Positions 1 through 12,290 of a DNA stretch of 64,000 nt are shown in pieces. The position numbers and the translations under genes were made by a program. Location: positions 13,698,587-13,762,586 of the forward strand of contig CM120648.1 of NCBI GenBank assembly GCA_051362555.1. The letters run 5' to 3'. Numbering within the stretch: the stretch's first letter is position 1; each line of letters begins with the position of its first letter. Under the pieces are notes generated by a model, which worked only from the letters and a program-made list of their open reading frames with translations, did no database searches and was not told the origin of the DNA. This stretch comes from Lingula anatina. Taxonomy: Eukaryota > Animalia > Brachiopoda.

Positions 1-37
1 TCAATCCAGACCCAAACGATAACTCTCACCTGCCATC

Positions 38-85
38 CCAGTTAACAAACTTTCGGAACTGCCACAGCAAAAGTTCGTTAACTGG
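38..85. repeat. Short inverted repeat / hairpin (16-bp arms, 1 mismatch)
   Basis: CCAGTTAACAAACTTT (38-53) is the reverse complement of AAAGTTCGTTAACTGG (70-85) except at one base; 16-nt loop. Confidence 0.75.
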
Positions 86-95
86 CAAGTTACGT

Positions 96-135
96 CAGTC
101 CCGTAGCCAGCAATTTCAAAAGGGGGGTTCTTTTA
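96..135 (+). mobile_element. Left-end fragment of the same MITE family as 8186-8351
   Basis: CAGTCCCGTAGCCAGCAATTTCAAAAGGGGGGTTC nearly matches CAGGCCCGTAGCCATCAATTTCAAAAGGGGGTTC at 8186; no matching right TIR seen. Confidence 0.7.
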
Positions 136-299
136 GGTCTTTTTTTACCTTAAATTACTCCGCTTTTTCACAAAAAAAGACATACAAAACTATCAATTCG
201 TTACAACAGTTGCACTAACTCAGGGGGAACAAATATTTTCAGGTTGTCCACAACAGCATCTAAGAGACATCTAGAAACTCACCTCAGCGTACCTGTGGC

Positions 300-390
300 A
301 GTGTAAGTAGTAGTAGCAGTGCATGTAGTAGTAGTAGGCCTACAAGATGAAGTAGTAGTGGTGAGAGTAGTACTAGTATAAGAGTAGTAG
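300..390. repeat. Degenerate (GTA/TAG)n microsatellite
   Basis: Interrupted GTAGTAGTAG runs; explains the Thr-rich 279..644 minus-strand ORF. Confidence 0.75.
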
Positions 391-522
391 CATATAAGGC
401 AATATATTACTGGCACAGGTTGTATATAAGTAATGCTGCATGTGGCTGTGATGACAATACAATTAAATCTAGGAAACCAGTCGATTGAGCAATGTGCAGA
501 TCTCGTTTCGTTACCCTTATAA

Positions 523-1502
523 AGGACCCCACACACACACACACACAAACACGCGCGCGCCCAAACAGTTTTTGTTAATAATAAAAATATGAGACTGAAA
601 TTTCTCTCAGGTGCGCCTGCAAACATTTCAAAAATTGTACGCATAATTCCAGGCCATATATATTAAAAATTTACCAAATATCCAATCCTAGGTTTCATTT
701 GTCGTATACGATGTCCGTAAGGTGTCTATGTATTGCCCATATGCCCCTACTCGTGGGGCATCCGTTACTTTACTTCAAGGTCATGTGGGAGTTCTAAAAA
801 CTTGCGTGTGATTTAATATTTAAAATCAAAATGTTCCTGCTTGTATTTGAATTAATTTGGTTTTCGATATTATTAATGTCTCGACTAAACCTATTTTAAC
901 TTTTCTCCCCCCCCCCTCTCTCGTACGTGTTTTTAACCTCTTAATCTTTTTTTGCTAACCCAAAATATATTCTCTGTCTGTTTGAAGACATTTCAAATGA
1001 GCAATCTTAGTTGGGAAATGATCCAATGACTGCCCTCTATCAGGGCCGAAGTCATTATGCTGTGGTTTTTTGCTTTTACAGTACAGAGATTAGTCATCTA
1101 TTTAACCAGAGACGTATCTTCTAATATCTAGTGAAAAATCAATCTATGACCCTGGTAGAGGGTAGCCAGAGGCTGCGGTGTGTTGATTTTGATGCTCTCT
1201 CAACCATGATTGTGACGGACTCCACAAATATCAGCCAATTGTGTTAGTGAAGATATAACGGAGAGGGGGATGAAATGTTTATAAAGAAATGAACTAATAA
1301 GTCATTGAAAATTACAATATGCTTTTTTAGTTTAAATTAGATGTGGACGAACCATTCAGTAGAGAAAGTTGGATTTGAAGGAAAAATATGTTGAAATAAA
1401 ACGGCACAAAAATGATGGGGGGAGGGTATCATGAGGGATAAAAGGTTCGGGAGAGTCGGGGAAATTGAGTTTTGAGTGCGTTCGGGTGTTTACCGGTGTC
1501 CT
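523..1502. mobile_element. Possible decayed TTAA-type (Kolobok-like) non-autonomous DNA transposon
   Basis: Left ATAA|AGGACCCC..AAACACGCGCGCGCCCAAAC; right ..TTTTGAGTGCGTTCGGGTGTTTACCGGTGTCCT|TTAA. Termini are weakly inverted, the left one is interrupted by (CA)n and the TSD is imperfect. Confidence 0.25.
1195..1256 (+). repeat. Diverged direct repeat, copy 1 (copy 2 at ~2608-2668)
   Basis: CTCAACCATGATTGTGACGGACTCCACAAAT..TGTGTTAGTGAAGA versus CTCAACATGATTGTGATGGTGTCCATGAAT..TGTGCTAGTGAAGA about 1.41 kb downstream. Confidence 0.65.
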
Positions 1503-2444
1503 TTAACTTTAACACACCAGGTTATACAAACTTTTACAACTTTTGTCTCTAAAAAAACGTGCAGATTTATCTTTTTTACTCACATAACTACGGTATGTTT
1601 CTACTACAGTAATTCTCAAAGATGTACTTTAAAGATGGCGTCTATTTAGAAAGCGCGCCATTACTAAAAACGCAGCACTGGAAATTTACTGGCAAAGCGT
1701 CAACACTACGAAAGGAACTTAACTTAAAATAAGTTGCAAATGAAACAAAGTACCGACAGAATTTATGTGGAGTCAAAGTTAACTATTTCTGAACTACACA
1801 AACTGTCAGCGAATAATTTTCACATCAAGTATGTTTGCTGACTTGCACAAAATATTGCACATTTTCATTTATGCACTAAGGTCTATTTGCGCGACTAACC
1901 AGAATATACATCAGAAAAGATATATAAAACAGAAGTGCTAACGAATGCGATTTCGTGCTTTGCCGAACTGTCCCCATAGTGGCTAAAAAGAATAGTAGGC
2001 CTACAGATTGCGGTTTGAAGGATAGAATGACAACTTTATTTTTTGTAATTAAAAAATGAATTATTTGCGAATTGAGATATTTGGTACTTCACTAAGAAAT
2101 CTCAACAATATTTCAAAAATGTTCCAGTAACATAAAAAGCTAGGCTAACAACATGAGTGTCACCTCTACGTGAGGTGTGCAATAAACCACACAACGGAGA
2201 CTGAAATATCAGAGCGCAAAAATTGACTTGTTTTAATTATTGGTTAAAACAGGCTGTTAGTATGACCGAGTTGTAAAACAGCTGATGAAATTCTTAAAAC
2301 ATCGAATGACTCGAAATGGAATTTAATAAATTTCTTAATTGCAGATTTAATTTTTCTATATCATTTTGTATAGTCAAAGTATTTTATTATAGCAAACTGC
2401 TAACAACACATTTATAACCGAGGCGTTTCTTTCCAAAGCATAAA

Positions 2445-2446
<2 letters not shown>

Positions 2447-2482
<36 letters not shown>
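2447..2482. repeat. (TG)n microsatellite
   Basis: Pure TG run. Confidence 0.97.
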
Positions 2483-2483
<1 letters not shown>

Positions 2484-3466
2484 GGGTGGGGGCGAAGGTC
2501 GTGCGCGGGAATCTTCCTCTATGGCAATTGTCAATGTTGACAGGTATGTAATGGTCAGGGAAGTAGAGTTACGACAGTGTTAATGCTACAGTATTTGACC
2601 TCAGAGTCTATCTCAACATGATTGTGATGGTGTCCATGAATTTCATCATATTGTGCTAGTGAAGACAGCAATTATTGATAGACGGCGCTGATATAATCAA
2701 TTTTCTTATAATTTCTCCGGAGTGTCATAATTTTTTTTTAAATAGTGGAAACTTTTTGTACTGAATGCACTTATTTCAAAAGTGCCCAAATGTCATGAAT
2801 TTCATTAATATGAAAAAAGAGTACCTTGTAACAGTGGCCATCGTACTTGAGGCGCATACGATACATTTTTTTTTCTCTGGGGATTCACGTCGCTAATTAT
2901 TTGTAAATTTTTACCTACATGTATTTATAATAACACACTTTATATTAATGATCATGGGCCTATTTGCTCAATAATTTTATCAAGCTTTCTCATTTTTTCT
3001 CGTAGCGACTCAAATCATATCTAGACTCTTTAACGCCAGACTATGCACGTATATCTGATTACAATTTTTTCCAAGAAAGTGTTAAGACGGACTCAAGCAA
3101 GCTGTTGCTATATCATCAACGGAGCGCAGTGCGTCAGGAGAGACGACACATTCCATTCGCATAAAAGGGGGACGTGGTATAACTTTCACCAAAAATGGTC
3201 CGATAAAGCTGACATTTGCCTTTGGGTTGCATTCTAATACTCATGCTAAAAGGTGATTCCGTAAATATCAGGATGATAAGTCACGGGGTTCTCCATTTAT
3301 CATTTTCCGTTAACAAGTCTTACATTATAATGTATAACAGAAAGTGAAAAAGCGGAGTAATTTAAGGTAAAAAAAGACCTAATAGAGTTGTAATTCGAAC
3401 ATGGACTGTATTTATTATAATATGAATTACTCCAGTAAGTTTCAGAATATCAAAAAAAAGCCCCGC

Positions 3467-3467
<1 letters not shown>

Positions 3468-3552
<85 letters not shown>
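3468..3552. repeat. Compound poly(T) + (GT)n microsatellite
   Basis: About 49 T directly followed by a pure GT run. Confidence 0.97.
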
Positions 3553-3556
<4 letters not shown>

Positions 3557-3929
3557 AATTATTTGGGTATATTTCTTTGTTCCTTTATTCATCTGTTTGG
3601 TTGGCCATTATAGTTGTGACTGTTTTCATTCTTTTCTATTTTTGGTATATACTGGCTTATGTATAAATTACATATATTTTTCTTTTGTTCCCTCAAGGAG
3701 CTAAGAGCATATAATGAGATTTGCCTGCTTTTCTTTCCTTTGTAGAAACCTTCCTTTAACAAGGCAGCAAAGCTGTCAAATGTACAGACAAAAAGCAGAC
3801 AATAACAATGCACAAAACAGGCTACTGTCAATTCTGATGCAAAAGTACATTATGCTTAACTGCAAATTCAACATCAAATTTTAATTATGCTCAACAGGTA
3901 ATACCAATGTAAGTGAAATGTGTAACAAG

Positions 3930-5000
3930 CGTAAGGCTTCAGGCCCATGGGAGTTTAAGTTCACACTTTGAAAATGCCAGAATGAGAAAAATGAAAATTT
4001 CACATAAAACTGCTTAAATTCAATAATAAATGATAACCCATTTGAGCTGGCTTTCTAATTTGAACTGCATGCCAATCCTACAAATCATACTTGTAAGTTG
4101 AAAATAATAATAAGTAACATAGTTTTCTTTTCATAATGTTTGTAGTAGCAGTGCAAAAAGATTTTTGTCAATTTTGATGTAACATTACAAAATAAATTAC
4201 AGAATAATTATCACCAATTTTTGATTATTGACTATAAATAGCATGGACATGTAGAAAATTTGATTACCATTTGGCTTCATGTCCATGGGAGCTTCGAGTC
4301 CCACAATGAATATGCCAACATGATAAAAATGAATATTTCACTAAAATGTATAACTTCCAGAAAAAGAAGCCAATTAGACTGCTTTTCCAACTCAGGCTGC
4401 ATTTTAGTCCTTCGTTTCTTTTTTGAAAGTTTGACAATCATAAGTAACATGGTTTTCCCATAATGGTCATCATGGCAGCAGCACCCAAAATTGTGTTTTC
4501 TTCTATTTTAATGCAATATTACATAATGCTTAACAGCATAATGACCATCAGTTTTTAATAATAAAAGATCCGTATCGTGGATTTTCAGAAAATGTGACTA
4601 GCATGGGTCTTCAAGCCCATGGAGGTTCTAAGTCACACCTTGAAAATGCCAATATGTGAAAAATTAAATTTTCACAAAAAAACTGATTAACTGCCAAAAA
4701 AATTTACCAAATAGTCTGCATTGCCCACTGAAGCTTTATTCAAGTCCCATGTTTCTTCCTGTAAGTTTGAGAACAGTAAGTGACTGGTTTTCCTTAAATG
4801 GTCATCACGGGAGCAGTGTCCAAAATAGGGGTGTCTTCAAATTTTGATGCACTATTACATAATGTTTAACAGGATAATTACCATCAATTTTTAATAATAA
4901 AATATTAGTATCATGGATATTCAGAAAATGTTCCTAGCAAAGGTCTTCAGGCCAAAGGAACTTCAAAGTCACACCTTGAAAATGCCAAAATGTAGACAAG
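3930..5000 (+). repeat. Degenerate ~336-bp tandem repeat inside the HINE (just over 3 periods, 4 anchor motifs)
   Basis: An anchor like GG(T)CTTCAGGCCCATGGGAG..AAGTCACACCTTGAAAATGCCA recurs near 3935, 4273, 4606 and 4942. Confidence 0.75.
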
Positions 5001-5394
5001 ACAGCACTGTCTTGAAATGTTTTTTTTCCATTTTTAACAATTTTTTAACATATAACAAAATTAACAATTTACTGCCATTTATATATGATCAACTAAGAAA
5101 ATTGATGAGATGGGAAAAATATCAATAGAATAGTGTTTAATGTCCAATTTCCTCCATTCTGAGTTTCTGAACATAGTGAATGAATGAATCTGACAAACTG
5201 CAATGATATGAGTTTATTTCCATTTTTGAAACTCTATTATACAATACATGATAACAAGTTTACCATCATTTTTACATAATCAACTAACAATGTTGTAAAG
5301 ATGCAGGAAATGTCAAACAAACACTTTTACGAATCTTATTAGTTAAATAATGAGACTGTTAACATGCCTAAGAATTGAATCTGAGGAAATGTTT

Positions 5395-5850
5395 AAAAAC
5401 AGCATAACTTATAAAATAATGGCCCGATTATGCTGATTTTCTAACTTGACCTGCATTTTAGTAAGATTAATTACTCCTGTGAGTTTCATGACAACAGGTC
5501 TATCGGTTTTCCTTGAAATGTGTTAACAGTGTTGCACATATGCTGAAAAGTGAAAAAAACAGCATAACTACTAAAATAGTGGCCCGATCATGCCGATTTT
5601 CGAACTTGATCTGCGTTTTAGTAAGATTAATTACTCCTGTGAGTTTCATGACAACAGGCCTATCAGTTTTCCTTGAAATGTGTTAACAGTGTTGCATATA
5701 TGCTAAAAAGTGAAAACACAGCATAAATACTACAATAATTGCCCAAACATGCTGATTTTCGAACTTGACCTGCGTTTTATGAATATTCATCAGCTCTGTA
5801 AATATAAAGCCAAAAAGTAAAACTGTCTTCCACTTATCGTGTTAACGATG
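5395..5850 (+). repeat. ~160-bp tandem core repeats of the HINE (about 3 copies)
   Basis: AGCATAA anchor at 5401, 5561 and 5720; copies 1 and 2 share TTTTAGTAAGATTAATTACTCCTGTGAGTTTCATGACAACAGG..TTTTCCTTGAAATGTGTTAACAG. Confidence 0.93.
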
Positions 5851-6034
5851 AAAGTGCACGGCGACGGCGACGGCGACATCGACGGCGACGGCGACAGGGA
5901 CGGCGACGGCGACGGCGACGACAGACGCAGGTGATGGCAATATGTACAGACACATCTGTGTCTGTACATAAAAATTGCAGTTCCGGGGGGATCTGTCCAG
6001 TGCGGACGGCTCCTACAATTTCTTTGTAGAATAA

Positions 6035-6335
6035 AAGAACTCTAACATCTCGTGATAAATAAATATCAATCAAAGCTGTCAAGTTTGACCGTTTGATTGT
6101 CGGTAACGTAAACATATGTCAGTCACTTCCATACCGCCAAAGAACTTTATCTCCTGTGATTGATAGGTGTCAATCAAAGCTGTCAAATTTGACAGCTTGA
6201 TTGACGGTTAATAAAACAAACATCAATCACAATCATCCTGCAAAGGAGCTTTTGCTTCCTGTGATTGAGAGGTGCCAATCAAAGCCATTTAAAGTGGATA
6301 GCTTGATTGGCAGTTATATAAACAAACGTCAATCA
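6035..6335. repeat. ~105-bp tandem repeat (3 copies), each with a long palindrome
   Basis: CAATCAAAGC at 6067, 6171 and 6276; the best copy GTCAATCAAAGCTGTCAAA|TTTGACAGCTTGATTGAC (6169-6205) is a near-perfect palindrome. Confidence 0.85.
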
Positions 6336-6614
6336 TCATACTGGTGATCAAGTATAGCTGTCGAGCAATGACATACGCCGTAAAGAGCGCGCTTTCCCAG
6401 AACGTATTGGTATAACTGAGATAAGGAAAAAATAACTAATCCGGTGTCAGCTAATTTAGTGATTAAAGTAAAGATGCAATGTGTTCATCATCTTTTAGTC
6501 ACATTCTGTTTATAATGATTGACTTTTGTGAAACTTCAGGTAGGAAATAATTTCCACCCCATTTGCAGCATTTTTCTTTTCATCTATTTCTTTTCTTTTT
6601 TCATTCTTTCTTTC

Positions 6615-6657
<43 letters not shown>

Positions 6658-6720
6658 CATACACGATTTATATATTTATTTAGTTAATCGGTTATTTATT
6701 TATTTATTTATTTATTTTCT
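6615..6720. repeat. (TTTA)n microsatellite region
   Basis: Two TATT/ATTT runs. Confidence 0.92.
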
Positions 6721-8185
6721 GTTTATTTGATTGTTTGCTTGTTTCCTAAAATATGTTTTATCAAATTTATTTTATATATTTTATTAAATTCTGCCAAATT
6801 TTAAATTACATTGTTTCCCTTCGTTGGTGTGACATGGGTTCCGCACACCGCTGTGGTGAGACTGTGAAGTTGGTTGAGTTAGTGGCGTACGCGGTCACCA
6901 ACAACCTCGCCCCTGAATTCTCATGCGCACTTCTGCGGCAATCCTGTTGTATGTGGACAGGTAAGTAAAGACCCAATCCTTGTTGTATAAACGAATATCA
7001 GTATAGCAATATATTCGTTGTTGTAGGTCTAGAATAGCGTACAAGGTTGCGATGTTTAACGCTGTTTGAACGCTCCTAGGAGAAACGTGGGGGATTTGTC
7101 TATTCCGTGATATTCTCTAATTTTTTTATCAATAATTACACCCTGACCACAGGGTCCGCTGATACTCTGTTTCAAAATCATTGCCTAAACTTAAATTTTG
7201 TGTGCTTATTTATTTACAACCATAAATTTAAAGAAAGGAGCAGTCGAAAGGTCTTTTATGGCTGATCGAGTGATCTATTCAGTTTATCCCTTGGCATATC
7301 GAATTTATTTGAGTCATATAAGAATCTAGTAGAAGTGGTTTACATATGTTACTGGGAATCCACGCTCCACCGATGCTCGGTTCGTATGTACCTTTAAGGC
7401 AGAGTCGACATTTTTGGATTTTGCCTAATGATTTATCAGGTGAGTTTTTCGGATGAAATACAAATTCCTCATTTACCACGAAGTACAAATCAAGGTTTTC
7501 TTTGTATGAACTTCACATGTATAGATACTTCCGTAATACAGAAATGTATAAAAATGACAAAACTTTGGGGTATAGCTGGCCTCAAGGTTGGCCTCAAGGT
7601 TGTATCAGTGCCCTTCAGGTCACTATGACCGTTTTTATTTCTCTCTGCACCCAGAATCATGACGCTATTTTATTTTCCAGACTGTGGAAGGCATTTTCGG
7701 ACAGCGGTAAGTTATAACTGCTATAATTATAACTATAATTCTAACTGTGTTATGGTTTATTGTTCTATTTGTTTTTTCTTTCTTTTTGCATTTCTTCTCG
7801 CCTTTTTTTTTTACATTTTTTATTTCACTATGTTTATTGCGTATCCTTGTTTTCATTTTCTAAGTATTAATCGTTTTTCCTCACTCTAATCTAACTTCCT
7901 GATATTACACCAATGTCCTTTACTGTGGATTTCTCTTTTCTTAGCATTGTACAGGCACTAACCCCCACCCTTCTTGTTCAAAACCGTTTGGTTTTGGCCG
8001 TTTTGTTCGTGTGTAGGTTGGTTAAACGTGGATAAATGATATTTTGCGTTTTAGATATTGTCAGATTATCTCAGGATATAATTAGGCGTTTTAGGTAGAA
8101 ATCGTGTCTCAATATCAAACTACATTAAAATTGCTCAAATCACGCCATGTACTACAATGTAAAAAGGAAAAAGTTAGTTACACAC

Positions 8186-8351
8186 CAGGCCCGTAGCCAT
8201 CAATTTCAAAAGGGGGTTCTTCTTTTGAAAAAGTGGACCTTTTCCCATAAAAACTTTATGTACCTAGATCAAATTTTACCCAGAGTGCACCTTTTCCCAG
8301 CAAAAGGGGCGGTTCTTTCGAACCCCCCGAACCCCCCTGGCTACGGGCCTG
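8186..8351. mobile_element. 166-bp MITE with 14-bp perfect TIRs and 5-bp TSD
   Basis: CAGGCCCGTAGCCA ... TGGCTACGGGCCTG, flanked by CACAC on both sides (8181-8185, 8352-8356). Confidence 0.9.
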
Positions 8352-9105
8352 CACACGCACCATCCGTTGTCATACTTTGTACAATGTACTTTAATTTAAA
8401 ATTCAGTTTTATTAAATAAGAACAATCAGAATGTCGTTAATAGGTTTCAACTTTTTCAGCGTAATATCTTTCAGTTTTGTTTAGTCTCCTTAGCATATCC
8501 GTAATATCAGTGAATGTGGCATATTTTACAGCAATGAAAGAGATGGACGATCACTTCCCCGTGGCGACAGCTCACGGGAATGGGACGACTACAGACGACA
8601 CTCAAGCGCAACCTGTCTTACTGACAGTCACGGTCTTATTCCAAGGGATATGATTATAGCGGTGACTTAGAACTAAAATAACGTTTATTTACATTCAGCT
8701 ATCGACATGAAACTTTTACCTCAAATAAGACAGTTTGAAGACTTTTTCTTTCGTTCATCCAAAAGAGAGCTTTACACGAAAATAATAAAAACTTATTCGT
8801 ATTCAAATATAAACAGGAAATCAATGTCGTAAAAGTGAAAGCCTTATACAATTCTGACTTTTGACAGATATTGGGTACTTTTTGTCACTCCCATGCTATT
8901 TTACTTCTTCACACTGGCAAAAATTTTACCTAAATCTTGCCAAACAAAAACATACTTTCAACTGATTTTTTTTTCAATTTTGAAAAATATGAAAAATGTA
9001 ATCTTCTTGACATATTTTACCATTAAATGCAGATCAATTCCTACGGCACACTGCAGATTGTGGCAACCTCCACACAACGCAGTGCGTCAGGAATGCGTCT
9101 GTTAA

Positions 9106-9323
9106 ATCCCCTTTACACTGGATGGCGTCCTTTTGGGTCCTTTGTGCGACCATGAAACTGGCATCGCTGTGGTCGTAGAAAGGAGGCACAAGCATCGCTT
9201 CGGTGGCAGAAAGATTGTACAATGATCGGTCAGTTATCAGAACATATTTTTAGTATTTTTTTCCCTCTCAAACGGGACAGTACTGCTGGAAGCAGAAAGT
9301 ACGCCGTCCAGTGTAAAGGGGGC
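9106..9323. mobile_element. ~218-bp MITE with ~23-bp TIRs flanked by TTAA (superfamily unresolved)
   Basis: TTAA|ATCCCCTTTACACTGGATGGCGT ... ACGCCGTCCAGTGTAAAGGGGGC|TTAA. Confidence 0.85.
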
Positions 9324-11425
9324 TTAAGCCGCATATTACATTCACAGAATGGAGGTGGAGACTAAGGAAATATGTATTTACTAATATATTTGAGTTTTAT
9401 TTTCAGTGAATGCGATGAAAGATGTTGCTTTTCCTCTGATTTTCAAAATAAGTAGAATAACAAATGCATCCAACTCGACATGTTGCTAGATCAAACTTGA
9501 GTTTATTTACAACAAACAGGCCTAGTTTCCGCATTTTAACAATTAGAAAAGACTTAGAAACGCATTTTGACACAATCCACAAATCTAATTGTCAGAGGAA
9601 AATTATTATACAAGTCATGTCAAGGCGGTATTAAGTTTGAGCGTGATTTACTTGTGTGTCACGAACATTATTAAGAGACGAGTAATCGGATGACTGTCAA
9701 TTTTATACAATTACAAGTTGTCTTAAAATTTAACCTGTGAACCACCACGACGAGGAACTGCAGTGGTCCACAAGATTTTGAACTCTGAAAATCTTTTTAC
9801 TTCTGAATATTTTGACTGTTATGCTTAATATTCGCTTTCAAAAAGAAGAGAGAGAATATCCCAATAAAATTCACCCTTGTCGAACACAAATAAATAGAAA
9901 TGTAGTCAAAATTTTAGAACACCTTAGACTCGCGGATTTTTATGTGAATATATCGTACTTATAAACCTGGGCATGCGAGTTTCAGCCAAAGCTGTGTCGT
10001 CTGCAGCGCATATGTGAGGTGCGTTTACCGTTTCAGTATTCTTCACTCTTGGAATGATTGTGTTAGCGCAGAAATTTTCTTTATCACCAGATGACAACTA
10101 AAATTTTCAGTGAAAACTTCAAAAACAAATTTTTAATCACCATTAAGATCATCAAGGCCATCAAGATCATCACTAAGAGCGGATTCTCAACGAATTGAGC
10201 CAGGCTTTACTTTAATTTGCATATAAGAGAAAAAAATGCAATTTTTCTGATTTTGGCTCGTCTCCAAGTTTTCCACTATTTTCAAAAAGTAAAGTCCACT
10301 TTTGCTCACAAATTGGTACACTTTTAATCCACACACACTGTTTTTAAATTATGTAATTAGAAATAACTTTTATATCACAGACGTGTAATCACTCTACAGC
10401 CATAAAACTCAATGTTAGCTGCTTGGGTATAAAAGTAGGTCAATTGCCTGTATAAAATTGCCATACGGTTATTGATTTTTGAGTGTGGACCGTTTTAGGG
10501 GGGGAGACAGTAGGGAGAAATGTATCAAGGTGCCAGCTAAATGTTTTGGTTGCATGGGGTTACTGAAAGGTAGATTATATTGCAAAGTTTTAAAGAAGGG
10601 AGTAAAACTAGCCCACATCTCCAGCTTTACCACGTAGGACTTTATAGATGCCACGGTCCCTCTATATTTCATTTGACTCTCCCTAAAATTTTGCTGACCG
10701 CGTTAACTGTTCAGGTCCCGGGAAGCGCGGAGCAACCAGCGTGGTGGCCGACGCAGGTGCTCTGCAGACGGTACGTTGAATTCACAAGAGGGGGTAAAGG
10801 TTTTCTAGGAAAATGTTGTATTTAATTACATTTGGCGAATAGCGTGATAAAGGAAAGAAAATTGCCTTATTTGAATTCATATTGACTGACTGCAATGAAA
10901 GATACTGATATTTCTACTCAAAATCGGAAGAATAAAAAATGCAAATGGAGATAACCTATCTCCCCTCAGAACCCCTTCATGGAATATCCTATCCGCGAGC
11001 TTTCAATTTCAAATGGATTTCGCACTCTACACGCTGAATGTGTATGGTAGAAGGGGGCAGTGGGGGGGGGGGGAGCGAATTCATACTATAGCATTATTTT
11101 TTGTGTTCAAGATCAGTATTACACACAACTTGATTATTTGACCAAAGTCTATGGATTTATATGGATACATGTCATATTTTATTTTAAATGATAGACCTGG
11201 ATTGAGAGCGTTGGCAACTAGGAAGAGATGTGTTGTAACCAAGTCCACAGTTGTTAATTATGCTGGTCTGTACAATCCTTACTTTATTATAAATTTGACC
11301 TGGTTCATTTTCTTTAATGATGATTTAGCTAGGAAAAACAGTGAACCGACATAGATCTTCAAGCATTGGATTTGACTACCCTCCCCCACCCCCTCCAGCC
11401 GCCTTCGTGCGACTCGTGCCGGTCT

Positions 11426-11520
11426 TTGTGTGCGTGTGTGCGTGTGTGTGTATGCGTGTGTATGTGTGTGTGCATTTATGTGTGCGTGTGAGTTTAGTGT
11501 ATGTGTAGGTGAGGGTGTAT
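11426..11520. repeat. Imperfect (TG)n microsatellite
   Basis: Interrupted TGTG/TGCG runs. Confidence 0.9.
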
Positions 11521-12085
11521 GTCGTTTCCACGTACTCCTGCCATGTCTTGACAAGGTACCAATATCATTAAAAAATTAATTGTAACGCGTTATAGTCATA
11601 TTGGCTTCAAAATCACGGGTTTGTATGTTTTTTTTAAGCACTGTTTGAACTTGCGACTGTAGTATGATGGTGATGAAGATGAACGTGCAGAGATTTAGCG
11701 TATATTCGAAATGATAATAGACACAATAATCCCCAGATTTAATTAAAGTTCAGTTTATTTTCCATGAAAGTTGTCTGATATCTTATTGATTCATGTGTCA
11801 ATGTATGTTTGCAATATCTACTTTATGACGGACTGGCAACAGCAGCAGTTCGCGATTCACTGCCAGAGACTTCTTGCATGCCTTGCTTGTATCTTTGTAT
11901 CAAGACAAAGACGGATTGTCGAGCAGAAGTTCATGAAAATATCGAACACTTTAAAAAAGGACTTAAAAGGGACAATGGATATATCAACGAATATTATTCT
12001 TGTTTTATTGTTACGCAATCTTCAATCTTAACCTTTATCATGCACTTTTAACTTCGCGTCCCTTTTACATGCAGCATACGTCAAG

Positions 12086-12290
12086 CAGTGGTGGATATAG
12101 GGGGGGGGGGGTCAGGGGGTCCTGACCCCCCCCCTTCGATTTCTGAAAACAAAAACACACACCAATAGATCTAAACCGTACCAAACGGTACCTATCGCCC
12201 TCTAAAATACCAAATTATTTCGAGGCCCTTCAGCAGGCCCCGAACCCCACGCCAAAGGGGGGGGGGGGAGGGTCGGCTTCGCATTCGCGA
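12086..12290. mobile_element. G/C-run-rich MITE-like fragment (CAGTGGYGGAT-type end)
   Basis: Starts CAGTGGTGGATATAGGGG, with an internal hairpin G(n)TCAGG-gggt-CCTGAC(n) and further G/C runs; right end not identifiable. Confidence 0.5.

Larger units (their letters stand above)
3758..5974 (-). mobile_element. Complete non-autonomous Helentron-associated interspersed element (HINE; DINE-1/pearl/Tsp-type architecture)
   Basis: Read on the minus strand: TTTTT, then a 13-bp perfect stem-loop TATGTACAGACAC-atct-GTGTCTGTACATA (5941-5970), a (CGACGG)n microsatellite (5858-5921), tandem ~160-bp cores (5395-5850) and degenerate ~336-bp repeats. It ends with subTIR ATGTACAGACA (3780-3790, identical to the hairpin arm), a short hairpin GGCAGC-aaa-GCTGTC and terminal CTTGTT (AACAAG at 3758). 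Confidence 0.88.

Noticed and set aside
279-644. 121-aa Thr-rich ORF (mucin-like), with a minus-strand GAG|GTGAGT near 283
   Set aside because: Composition derives from (TAC)n and (TG)n microsatellites; no supporting exons.
2601-2650. Minus-strand ATGATGA...CTGA as a C/D snoRNA
   Set aside because: Only about 49 nt from box C to box D, no terminal stem, and not conserved in the paralogous block at ~1200.
3362-3613. Poly-K / poly-F ORFs
   Set aside because: They are translations of the poly(T) and (GT)n tract.
5834-6115. Arg-rich protamine-like ORF
   Set aside because: It is a translation of the HINE (CGACGG)n microsatellite.
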